Below, piece by piece: positions 50,716 to 63,424 of a stretch of DNA of 64,000 nt. Every line of letters begins with the position of its first letter. The first letter of the stretch is position 1. The translations under genes and the position numbers were made by a program. The stretch is from Octopus sinensis (Eukaryota). A model generated the notes under the pieces. The model saw nothing but the letters and a program-made list of their open reading frames with translations, did not search any database and was not told the origin of the DNA. Location of the stretch: contig NC_043011.1 of assembly GCF_006345805.1 (NCBI RefSeq), positions 29,214,464 to 29,278,463 of the forward strand. The letters are read 5' to 3'.

Positions 50716-51467
50716 ACTCATTTTATCTTTTTATTTTGTCTAAGTCTTTAGACTGCAAACATTTCACAAAATTCCTCCTGAACAGGATGCTGGTCTGTTG
50801 TATGGTAACTCATTGATGCTGAGTGAACTGGAGCAACATAAAGTAAAGTATCTTGCTCAAGAACACAACACACAGACCGTTCTGGGAATCAAACACATTA
50901 CCTCATAATTGTGAGCCTGACGCTCTAACCACTATATTAGTATATTAGTGTAATATACTAGTATGATATTCTTAGTGATCCAAACATAATATCCTTGAAT
51001 CCCTGTAAAACAGTGGTCCAAGGATATCGTTGGTATCATTGCTGATCTCACTGTTTATTATGGTGGGTTATCAAATAAATTTATTTATTTATTTCCCATA
51101 TATTATAATCCTTTTCAGTGTTATGTGAATTGATGCAAAAAATATTTTTTCAGTTCTATATTTAAGAGACGAGGAATTATGTGCATTATTTACATTATTT
51201 ACATATTTTTTTATTGTAGTGTTTCACAGGGGGAGATTTTGTTTCTTGTCTTTTTTTGTTGTTGTTTTTGTAGCTCTCTTCCTCCTCTAAAACTTTTGTT
51301 CAAAATTTTCAAAATATGAATAAATTTTACCTCTTTTCAGTCACATGACAATGGAGTGCCAAGTAGAAAACAAAAAGAAAAGAGGGAAAAGAATGCATTT
51401 ATCTAACAACTCAAATACATAACACGTTTTCAACCCTGTTAGTCTTAGCCAACAGGATGTAACTTAC

Positions 51468-51867
51468 ATCTATGAGATCTGAACTCCATAGATAATATTC
51501 TCTAAAAGGCACATTCTATAAATAAAAACCGATTTATCTAAAACACCTCAACAGAAACACATAAGAACATAGGTTCTTACTTAATATTGACAAGTCTTCT
51601 CTAATTCTAATATTACACTTTGATGTGTCAGTCTTAGATTATTTTTTTTAAGCTATACATCATTTTTCCTTCCAATGTGAGCTGTACATCATTTTCACTT
51701 TCACTTTGAACGAAATATGAACATCATCTCTAATTTCATCTTCAGCTTCAAAACTTCCATACTCATCAAATGATTCTAAATCATCATCAGAAATACAGTT
51801 GATCAAATTCCCATTCATCATCGTCAGAATATTCTAATTCCTGCAGTACTTCTACAGTTGTGAACAT
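51468..51867 (-). pseudogene. Decayed acidic ORF with intact-looking GT-AG intron signals, possibly a transposase N-terminus
   Basis: MFTTVEVLQELEYSDDDEW...ISDDDLESFDEYGSFEAEDEIRDD with frameshifts; donor aa|gtaaga at 51580, acceptor tttatttatag at 51516, donor at|gtaagt at 51467. Confidence 0.3.
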
Positions 51868-51902
51868 CCCATGTTTTTGCTTTTCCTCTCCAGGTTTATC
51901 TT

Positions 51903-52917
51903 GGAGGTGCATGGGCAAGTGGTTAGAGTGTTGAACTCATGATCGTAAGATTGTGGTTTCGATTCCTGGACTGGGTCACATATTGTGTTCTTGAGCAAAA
52001 CACTTCATGCTGCTCCAGTCCACTCAGCTGGCAAAAATAAATAATTCTGCAACAGACCAGCCTCTCGTCCAAGTGGGGAATACATACACCATGGAAATTG
52101 GGAAACCAGCCTTTATGAGCTGATATGACTCAAGGAGGTAGCCTTGCCTTTTAGTGGACATATGTAGCTTAGTGGTTAGGGTGTTGGACTCATGACCGTA
52201 AGATTGTGGTTTCGATTCCTGGACTGGGTGACATATTGTGTTCTTGAGCAAAACTCTTCTTGTTGCTCCAGTCCACTCAGCTGGCAAAAATAAATAATTC
52301 TGCAACAGACCAGCCTCTCGTCCAAGTGGGGAATACATACACCATGGAAATTGGGAAACCAGCCTTTATGAGCTGATATGACTCAAGGAGGTAGCCTTGC
52401 CTTTTAGTGGACATATGTAGCTTAGTGGTTAGGGTGTTGGACTCATGACCGTAAGATTGTGGTTTTGATTCCTGGACTGGGTGACATATTGTGTTCTTGA
52501 GCAAAACTCTTCTTGTTGCTCCAGTCCACTCAGCTGGCAAAAATAAATAATTCTGCAACAGACCAGCCTCTCGTCCAAGTGGGGAATACATACACCATGG
52601 AAATTGGGAAACTAGCCTTTATGAGCTGATATGACTCAAGGAGGTAGCCTTGCCTTTTAGTGGACATATGTAGCTTAGTGGTTAGGGTGTTGGACTCATG
52701 ACCGTAAGATTGTGGTTTTGATTCCTGGACTGGGTGACACGTTGTGTTCTTGAGCAAAACACTTCATTTTACATTGCTTCAATCTACTCAGCTGGCAAAA
52801 ACGAGTAGTTGTGTGACAGACCAGCATCCCATCCAGGTGGAGAACATATACTCCATGAAATCAGAAAACTAGCCCTTATGAGTTGGTATGACTTGAGAAG
52901 GCAGCTATACCTTTTTA
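51903..52917 (+). repeat. Tandem array of four type D-like SINE units, period 253 bp
   Basis: gtggttag at 51919, 52172, 52425 and 52678; internal units differ by only 1-2 nt. Confidence 0.95.
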
Positions 52918-54296
52918 CCCCAGATATGTCACAGAGAGCTTTGTTTCATCTTTTATCTTTTGCCTGTTTCAGTCATTGGATTGTGGCCATGCTGGGGTAT
53001 CGCTTGAAAGGTTTTAGTCAAATAGAGCTACCTCAGTACTTTTTTAAACTCTGATGCATATTCTATTAATCTATTTTGCCAAACTGCTAAGTTATAATCA
53101 CTAACTCATGTTTGTGAGCTCAATGCTCTAACCACTGGGCCATGTGCCCTCACAAACAAATTAATACTGTACTAACAACAAATCTTTATTCTGATTGGCT
53201 AATTTATTATCAGTTTGACATAGTTTTAATGTGGGTTTTCCCCATTCCTGCTATACCAGTAATTAATCAGTATATTCCTAGTGTATTGAGAATACAGCTT
53301 GACAGGGACAATGACAGTTTCATCAGAGCCAAAAGAAAGGTACCATCTAAGGCCCTTTTTAGTGACTCATGACTTGTAGGAGTAAAAGGAGAAGTGATCC
53401 TTAAAACTTACACTGTGTCTGAATATTTACTTGCATACATGGAACAGGGTGGGCTGCCCTAAAAGTAGCCAAGGGTAGCTCAAGGGTTGGTGTTAAACTT
53501 GGTGATAGTCAAGTCTACCACCCAAGAACAGGTACCTAAATCACATAATTTCATTATGGTAAACTTCAATATATAACAATTTTGTGGACTTGTAATGCAA
53601 AGGTATCACTAATATAAGTGATATTACTGGTATCACTGCTACTTGTACAATCAATAAATTACATAATACCATTGTGATAAACTTTAAAATGACATATTAA
53701 TGATATAATTACTGTAAACTAGTGATTCAAGGATATCCCTTAATTGATATCACAAGGTTATCACTAATATAATTGATACCACAAGAATGTCACCGACATT
53801 AATAACTGCTAATCACATGTTACTTAAATCATACTGTCACTGTGATAAACTCTAAAACCACTAATAGTAGACTAGTAAAGCAAATATATCACTACTATCA
53901 CTGATATTAATATTATCACTGTTGTTCATACTTTAAATCACATAATATCAATGTGATAAACTTCAAAACCATTCATATCAATGCAAGTGAGTTGGCAGAA
54001 TTGTTAGCACATTCTAAGTACAAATTTTGCCAAGGTTGACTTTGCCTTTCATACTTTTGGGTTTGATAAAATAAGTACCAGTTAATTACTGGGGTCGATA
54101 TAATTGATTTAATCCCTTCCCATAAATTGCTGGCCTTGTGCCAAAATTTGTAATCAATATATTATTTCATTGTCATCATTGTTTTAACATTCTCTTTTCC
54201 ATGCTTGCATGGGTCAGAGAGAATTTGATGAGGCGGGTTTTCTCCAGCTGAATGCCCTGAATGCAAACTCCTTCCCACACAGCCATGCCTGCACCT

Positions 54297-54340
<44 letters not shown>

Positions 54341-55178
54341 TAATTAGGGTTCAGCTAATTGCTTCACCACATACCGAATTTAGAAATAGGAGTTAAAATA
54401 CCTTTTCTGCTATTATAAGAATCTCCATGATGGTAAACATACTTTTTTACAAAGGCAAAGAGAAAAACAATGAATCAACATGACCAGGATTAATTATATA
54501 CATGTTTCGAGATTAAAGTGATTTAAATTTTACTTACTTCTCTCTTCAGTATAATATTTCCAATTATAAAATTTGAAAGTGCTAGGGCTGAATATGCACA
54601 CAATCAAGCGTCATCATGTATCAGATATCCAACCGACACTTCCAAAATTTACAGAACTGAATACACTATTCAAACTCTATACCAACGTGTATGCTACGAA
54701 CAATACCGCAGAAAACTGCAGTATTCTATCATGGAGTAAATTATAATTTTAAATTAATAATAGAAGTGTAAAATTTATTAATCAAATTAATTAATTAATT
54801 AATTAATTAATAATTTTACCAAGTAGATCGGTACATTAAAATAACCTTTATAGGTAAAATTATCCACATAATCATAATTAGATTATTTATATATTTATAT
54901 AAAGAGAGAGAGAGAGAGAGGAAAATGGAATATTTTTATTTCATTTTTTCCTCTCTGTATATATATATATAGAGAGAGAGGGAGAGAGAGAGAGAGGGGT
55001 GGGGAGGAAATGGGATTAAAAAATCCTGGCAGATATCAAGTAAGCACTCAGTATAAAGGAATAAAGTTAAATTTCCAACAAGTAGATACCAGTAATTGTA
55101 TCTAGAATATATTTCCCAGGTAAATTCTCATGTATCAAAGGTAAATCCAACAATCCTTTTGCAGAATGTTAAGAAATT

Positions 55179-55796
55179 CACACATAATATTATTAACATC
55201 AATAATAATATGTACGAAAATTTATGTCAGAACAGTATTATCCAAACTGGTGAAATTGTAACTGAACATCTGAAAAAATTTTAGCTGTTAAAAACACTAA
55301 CAAAAAGAAATGCCAAACCAAATTTAACTTTAAACATTCATTCACTCAACCAAGTGTGATGTCATTGAATAACTAATTTAGTTTATAACAATAAAATATA
55401 AAGATGCCATACTAATTCTTGTCTGCAGTTTTTTTTCTTCAGATATCCAGTGACAACATCAATTTTAGTAGATAAATATACTCATTTTCTATGTTATGTT
55501 TGTCTTTGCTTTTTTTTTTCTATGTAGATTCAAATCGTCAAAAAATATGGAATTAGTATGGTATATTTTATATTTTATTCTTATAAACTAAATTAGTTAT
55601 TCAATGATGCCAATCTTGGTTGAATGAATGAATGTCTAAAGTGAAATTCAGTTTGGCATTTCTTTTTGTTAGTGCTTTTTAACTGCTAAAATTTTTTCAG
55701 ATGTTCAGTTAGAATTTCACCAATTTGGATTTCGATAATGTTGTGTTGACATAAATTTATGTTCATATTATTATTAACTGTAATAATATTGTGTGT
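55179..55796. mobile_element. Foldback-like element with about 240-bp diverged inverted arms
   Basis: 55179-55418 is the reverse complement of 55550-55796 (for example ctaacaaaaagaaatgccaaac / gtttggcatttctttttgttag); spacer about 130 bp. Confidence 0.8.
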
Positions 55797-55879
55797 GTGT
55801 GTGTGTATTTATGTATGTATATGAAACAATTGTTGAATTTTCAAGGTATGATCTAAAATAAAGATATGATTTTCTTCAT

Positions 55880-56088
55880 ACATATCATTGATTGTTTTGT
55901 GACCTCGTGTGTACCGTTGGCGATTTTATTTCCTCTGGATCTTTCCTTCTCCTATGTTTTTGACGAAGAGCTCCGCTCGAAACGTTAAACCCTCCTTCTT
56001 TCCTTCTTTCCTGAGCGTCCAATAATACTATATTTGTTCCACGTCCTCGCGTTGTTGTGTTTTTTTGTGCTTTCTTGTTTGGATTAAC
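55880..56088 (+). mobile_element. (TA)n-abutting short element family P2 with a hammerhead-like motif (55956-55990)
   Basis: gttt-TTGACGA-a-gagc-tcc-gctc-GAAACGTT-aaac; shares downstream ttcctgagcg..a.taatac with P1. Confidence 0.65.
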
Positions 56089-56121
<33 letters not shown>

Positions 56122-56793
56122 CTATATATATATATATATATGGTAATCAATATATATATATATATGGTAATCAATAACTCACATGTTTATGTGTATTTCA
56201 CTGAAATATATATATATATCACATCAAAGAAAATTCCAATGAATCGGTGTTATGAAACAAAATTACTTAGTGATATTTATTCACCCAAGTTGTACAGAAA
56301 CTCCCTTGTCATCTCATCATCAGAAATGTGATGAACCATGAATTGGTTCATTGGAATCCTATATGCAGTGTTGTTATTTGATCAAATGTATATTGGTATC
56401 CATGTTGTTGAGTAGATTGGGAATAAACCAATATTGCTAAACAAGAACGAACTGTGATAGGTTCAGGCTCTGTGGTTAAAAAGATCATTTAACAACTATG
56501 TAGTTTGGGGTTCAATCCCACTCCACAGCTCCTTGAACAAGCGTTTCTCCATACATATATATATACATAGATATTTTTCAATAATAATAATATATATGAC
56601 TTGAGATGTTTGCCTTGCCTTAATGCTTGTTGTCCTCTTTAACAATTATATATCTGCTATATCAGAAATATGCAATGGCTCCATAACTACCGTCCTAGTT
56701 ATAACCTTGGAGCCCTAGTTATCCATTACAGCACTTACCTAGCGTACCTAATCGTTTAGATCACCTGTGAACTAAACCCCCACATTTTGTGTG

Positions 56794-56946
<153 letters not shown>

Positions 56947-57359
56947 GTGTGTGTGTGTACTTTATTGTTCCATTATAGATAAGATCAACAAAAGATGTAC
57001 TCCCCAGAGAGAGATTAATATCATTTATTTAATATACACAATTTAAAAAGAGTTACTGATAATTTCATGCTGTAGAGATACAGTAATTTGGCAAATTTAT
57101 TTACCATGCCATGTGTCTCCAAGTAATCTTTTGGGCTCAGTGCATACCATTAGATGTATTTGAAAACCTGAATGCTAGTCTATGACAAAATGTGAGAAGA
57201 AGGGAAATAGTTTTCAGAACATTTATGAAGAAAAGGTCTTACAGCTGTTTCCAGCATATTTTATATATCCTTTCATCAGAGACGGTGCAAGAAAATGTTT
57301 GAGTATTAATTATTGTAGAGAAGATATGAATACAGAGGGAAAAAAGAGAATGAAAATAT

Positions 57360-57459
57360 NNNNNNNNNNNNNNNNNNNNNNNNNNNNNNNNNNNNNNNNN
57401 NNNNNNNNNNNNNNNNNNNNNNNNNNNNNNNNNNNNNNNNNNNNNNNNNNNNNNNNNNN
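57360..57459. other. Assembly gap (100 N)
   Basis: Run of N. Confidence 1.
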
Positions 57460-57971
57460 TGTTTGTGTGTTTGTGTTTGCCCCCCCCCCGCCTCAACATC
57501 ACTTGATAACCGGTGGTGATGTGTTTACTTTCCTGTAAACAAAGTGGTTTGGCAAAAGAGACCGATAGAATAAGTACTAGGCTTACAAAGAATATGTCTG
57601 GGGGGTCGATTTGCTTAACTAAAGGCGGTGCTCCAGCATGGCAACAGTTAAATGACTGAAACAAGTAAAAGAGTATATATATATATCTATAAAATTTATT
57701 ATTCTTAAACAAAGAATGTTATTGACAGTGACTTTGAAGTTTTTTCCAGGTAAGTCATTGTCCAATGAACGACTTAACTGGCTGAAAATTCGAAGTCACT
57801 GTCATATTCTTAAATAAGAATAATAAATTTGTACTCTACAAAAGTATAGAGTAACCCATTGAATTAATGTAAAATTGTTTTTATTACAACTAAAAATAAA
57901 CCCCAAACACACATCTATAAATATATGTATATATATATGTGTATATAATATATACACACACACACACACAT

Positions 57972-58004
<33 letters not shown>

Positions 58005-58109
58005 TATTCACATGTGTGTGGCATGTATGTGTGTATGTATGTATATATAATACACACACATATATACATATATATATGTATATATAAATATATGTATATA
58101 TATATATAG

Positions 58110-58141
<32 letters not shown>

Positions 58142-59177
58142 ATATATATGCATGTGTGTGTCTATGAATATATATATATTTATATACACACACACACACA
58201 CTCACACACAGAGACATGTATACAGGCACAAAAATGGTAAGTGCCTAACGCATCTATCTAAATGTATTAAATAAATTGTCCATAGTAGAACAATGATTTT
58301 TTTTTTGCAGTCACTTAGCAAGAAATAGCTTCCCGCTGGTGACAGTGATGGAGAATTAATCTTAAGCATTAAATATTTTCTGGTGTTAAGTAAACTATTT
58401 TCCATTTGCATTGATACAGTAAAATGATGAAATGAAGGAAAATACCTGACATTTGGCTTCTGCATAAAGTTAGATAAAAGTCAAGTTTACGTTAGGGATT
58501 ATATGCCATTACTAAGATGAATTTAAAAAAGAGGGTCTGTATATGTTTAATCTCATCTTTCCTTCCTCTCTTCCCCTCAGTTTTTACGTAAACCTCATAC
58601 AAATTGTAAACAGTCCTTGTAATGTCCCTCATCTGATGTCCTTGTGATGAATAAAAACAAAATGTGGTAAGTAGCTTGCTTATGAACTACATGGTTCCGG
58701 GCTCAGTCCCACTGCATGGCACCTTGGGCAAGTGTCTTCTACTATAGCTTCAGGCTGACCAAAGCTTTATGAGTGGATTTGGTAGACAGAAACTGAAAGA
58801 AGCCCATCGTATATATATATGTCGGTGGCACATAAAAAACACCATCCGAGCGTGGCTGTCCGCCAGCCTCGTCTGGCACCTGTGTCGGTGGCACATAAAA
58901 AACACCATCCGAGCGTGGCCGTTCGCCAACCTCGTCTGGCACCAGTGTCGGTGGCACATAAAATCACCCACTACACTCTCGGAGTGGTTGGCGTTAGGAA
59001 GGGCATCCAGCTGTAGAAACACTGCCAGATCTGACTGGCCTGGTGCAGCCTTCGGGCTCCCCAGACCCCAGTTGAACCGTCCAACCCATGCTAGCATGGA
59101 AAGCAGACGTTAAACGATGATGATGATGATGATGATATAATATATATATAATATAATATATATATATATATATTATA

Positions 59178-59365
59178 GGGAAAGTTTACGAAAAAAACAA
59201 AAAAGCAAAAGACGAAGACAGGTGGTGTACAAAACAAACAGATGTATTAGTATAACGCTCAGGAATAGAAAAAGTTTTTTACATTTTGAGCCTACGCTCT
59301 TCTACAGAAAGGGACACAGAAAAAACAAGGAGAGAAAAAAGTGTGTGTAGTGGCTAATGATCTGT
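59178..59365 (-). mobile_element. Diverged P1 element with decayed hammerhead-like motif
   Basis: Minus strand ctttctgtagaagagcgtaggctcaaaatgtaaaa; flanking sequence homologous to 39659-39872. Confidence 0.65.
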
Positions 59366-59671
59366 TGTGTGTCTGTGTTTCCCCCCCCCCCCAACATTGC
59401 TTGACAACTGATGCTGGTGTATTTACGTCCCCATAATTTAGCAGTTCGGCAAAAGAGACCAATAGAATAAGTACTAGGCTTACAAAGAATAATTCCTTGG
59501 GTCGATTTGTTCGACTAAAAGGCATGGCCACAGTTTTGCTCGACTCCAGCATGGCCACAGTCAGTACCATCGAAACACTGGGGTCAATGTAATCATCTAA
59601 CCTCCTCCCTGAAAATTTTAGGCCTCGTGCATTTTGTCCAGCATGTAAAAGGTTCTGCCAGCTAACTGCCA

Positions 59672-59714
<43 letters not shown>

Positions 59715-59777
59715 CCTTTCTACTAAAGGCACAAGGCTTGAAATTTTGGGGGATAGGACTAGAAAGGATTATTATTA

Positions 59778-59818
<41 letters not shown>

Positions 59819-60559
59819 TATTCTATCATCACTTGAAAGAAGTGATCTTTTGTGAATTCTTCAAAAGGTCAATGATATTGCAAAAATTATTAGAGTGAAT
59901 GAAACTACTCTAAGCATGTGTCTCTAGTTGGAAGAGGTCCATGCTTGTATCTCCTGGGTTACTTAACTACCCCTAATTTAAGTCTCTTTTGAATCAGGAA
60001 AACTGCATCATTCATGTATTTATAGATTTTGTATACTAGGTATACTTTGCATCTCATTTCTCTCTCATCACCAATTTGTTCTTCTCATCAGATTATATGG
60101 GAACCACAACCATTGTACCCTTCCTTGTAATGTCCCCATCGTCTGATGCTCCTGTGGCAAAGAAAATAAATCATTCTTACTTTGTGCTGTTGTTTCAACA
60201 AATTGGAGTTGTTCCCAGTTTAAATTATTCTTCGCATCAAATCATAGTCATGGCCAATGCCGGTCTCACATAACTGGCACCTATGCTGGTTGCATGTAAA
60301 ATGCATTCTTTACACTCTGAGGAGTGGTTGGCATTAGGAAGGGCATCCAACCATAGAAACCATGCCAAATCAGACTGGAACCTGGTGCAGTTCTCCAGCT
60401 TACTACTTTCAGTCAAACCATCTAACCCATGCCAGCATGGAAAGTGGGCATCAAATATTGATGATGATGATGATGATGATGGTTATAATGATGATGAAGC
60501 CACAATTTGCTATCTGGAATGTACCTTCTGTACAAAAGGTTTTTTTTTTCTTTTCTCTC

Positions 60560-63070
60560 CATATCTGTTCTTTCTTTGTATTGATGACTTTCCAGATAAA
60601 TCTCATCAAACCTAGTAAACATGTTTTGCACACTGCACCTACTTCCAGGTAAAAATGAAGTTTTTTCAAGGTTTGTTTTCAATTCTTTTGTTACTATTTA
60701 CAAGGCAACAATGATTGGCAATATCGTGACCTAGTTAACTACTCTTTTCCAAGACAATTTCCTTTCTTTTTACTTTGGTGTCAAATAGGAATGCTACATC
60801 TATTTATAATTTACATCTTCTTCTTGTTGTCAATGACTACAATATCTGGTCAGTTGTGTGTTAGTCTTCTTATCTTTTGGATTGGATAAGAAAGTTCCAC
60901 AGCAATTTGACTCTGTAATTTTCTGAAGGTTTGCATTTCTATTGCCACAAAGCAGCAATAGCTTTTTCATGAACATTTAAAACCTGATAACTTGCCAGAA
61001 TTTGGCAGCAATCTTATCATGACTAGGCGTGGCTGTTGCTTCCCAACCACATGGTTCCAGGGTCAGTCCCACTGTGTGGCACCTTGGGCAAATGTCTTCT
61101 TCTATAACCTCGAGCCAATCAAAGCCTATGAGTGGATTTGGTAGATGGAAACTGAAAGAAGCCTGTTGTATATGTGTGTGTGCACATGTGTTTTTGTGTC
61201 TGTGTTTGTTCCCCCATCACCATTTGACAATTGGTGTTGGTGTGTTTACATCCCTATAACTTAGCAGTTCAGCAAAAGAGACTGATAAAATAAGTACTAA
61301 GCTTAGAAAAAAGTCTGGGGGTCAATTTGTTTGACTAAAACCTTTCAAGGTGGTGCTCCAGCATGGCCGCAGTCAAATGACTGAAACAAATAAAAGAATA
61401 AAAGCATAACTGTGGACATTTCAGCACAATGTGAGCTCTGCTCTCATCTGAATCATCACACAGTCTACATTTGGGTGAGTACTCTAGCTGATTATCCTTT
61501 TATACTATTATCTCTTTGATCCACTTTAGGTCCTGTTCGTTCCTGTACTGCTAAGATAATTTCCTTGGTCTCTTTTCGTTAATACTTCTTTCTTTAGCTA
61601 AAGTTAATTGTCCTTGCTATCCTTTACCATTTTTGTGTTTGATTGAAGCTTCTTTCCTTTTAGGGTTCTGTAAATCCTGTAAATAGTGCTTCAAGTATTA
61701 CCTCCTTATGGACTATTTCTTCCTTTTTTTTATCTTCACCAGAACCTAAACTCAACATCTCTAGCACTGTAATGTCTTTGACAGTCATTATCTTTCTTCC
61801 TCCTTCTGTTCATTCTGGGTATAAAGATGCTTTCTTTGGTTCATTGTATATGGCATCCTCATTTTTCTCCATTCAATAACATTCGAGTGAGGTCATTGCC
61901 AGTGCCACTGGACTGGCTCCTGTGCAGGTGGCATGTAAAAAATACCATTTGAGTGTGGTCGTTGCCAGTACCACCTGACTGGCCCTCGTGCCGGTGGCAC
62001 GTAAAAACACCTACTATACTCTCGGAGTAGTTGGCATTAGGAAGGGCATCCAGCTGTAGAAACTCTGCCAGATCAGATTGGAGCCTGGTGCAGCCATCTG
62101 GTTTGCTAGTCCTCAGTCAAATCCTCCAACCCATACCAGCATGGAAAGCGGACGTTAAATGATGATGATGATGATGAATAATTCTTATTTCATACCTTAT
62201 TAGTGATACTACCCTGACCTGAAGGCTTATGTTTTATGCAACCAATTTGTATTTTAAAATGTTCATTGTTTGAAAATATTTTTCACCAAAGACTTCCTTT
62301 AGTTCTATATTATTGATTTTTCATTTTCCATCTGGTATTCCCAGATATTTATGCTTCTTCTCTGTTTAGTGATTTTATATTCTCATCATCGGTCTCTTTC
62401 AGTATTTTTTACGAGATTTTCCTATATCATCTCTACAATAGCACAGTTTTCAATTCTGAAAATCATTCCAATGTTATATCATTACTAAACATTCTTCCAG
62501 TTTGCACTAAGGAGTCTATTTGGTTCTTGTCTTTACAATAAAACTTTAAATCAATCATAAACAGAAGATAATTCCCTTTTCTTCAATTCTTTCTCAATGA
62601 ATATCTTTCTTTGGCTTTGTTTAATATAATCGACCAAATGATCAATGTAATTACATACAAGATAGGGAAGAGGCTGTCTCCTTGATATATTCCTCTCCTG
62701 ATCTGTATATCCACTAATCTTTCCTCTTTTGATGCCAACTTTACTCTCCAATTTCGCATTGCCTTATCTGACTGGTATCTAACAAGTTTTGAGATCTTGA
62801 CTGGTTGTAGGCATCACTTGATATTCATGTGTGTGAGACTAAATCATATGCTTTTCTGAAATTGATCCAAGCAAAACATAGATTTACCAGTTTTTTCTAA
62901 AACTTCTCAAAATGATCTTGACAATCATTAAGTGGCCTTTTATATATATCCCTGTCCCTTCTTCAATATCTTGGAGTTTTATGCCCTACTACAATAATTA
63001 AGTGCTGAACTGGTTAAATCACTAAAGTTTTTATACAAATTTCGTTGCAGTATTCATCTCGACTTACTCC
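60560..63070 (-). mobile_element. Decayed R4/Dong-like (RLE) non-LTR retrotransposon, interrupted by a SINE A and an RTE tail
   Basis: RT motifs NLCFAWINFRKAYDLVSH (about 62870), RGISQGDSLFPILYV (about 62690) and LLFMIDLKFY (about 62560); RLE region KLLWNFLIQ and HN*PDIVVIDNKKK (about 60850); C-terminal KTCLLGLMRFIWKV (about 60600). Confidence 0.8.
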
Positions 63071-63127
63071 ACTCAGGGCAAATCCTGCTAAGATTAACTT
63101 TATCTTTAATCTCTCCAAGGTTTATAC

Positions 63128-63424
63128 CTGGGGTTCCTGACCTTATCTTGTTTGTGGACCCTCCTGAGAGCTATCTTATCATCTGTGGACCCCATATATA
63201 CATAGGTAAATTTTTGAAAAAAATATTTGTTTGTAGGTTAATAAAAACCAACAATGAAACAATTCCGTTATATTCATAACATAAACTCCAAATACAAATC
63301 TTGAAGATTTCAATAAATACAGGTGCCTCTCCTATAAACAAAATTTATATATGGACCCACAAATTACAATGTTTTGCTCATGGATCCCCTTAAAGCTTCT
63401 GTTGACCCTGGATGAGGACTCCTG
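63128..63424. mobile_element. hAT-type MITE
   Basis: Perfect 8-bp TSD gtttatac (63120-63127, 63425-63432); degenerate cagggg-type TIRs. Confidence 0.75.

Noticed and set aside
51903-52917. Possible CRISPR-like or tRNA gene array
   Set aside because: No unique spacers; units are SINE-derived and I could not fold a complete cloverleaf; eukaryotic context.
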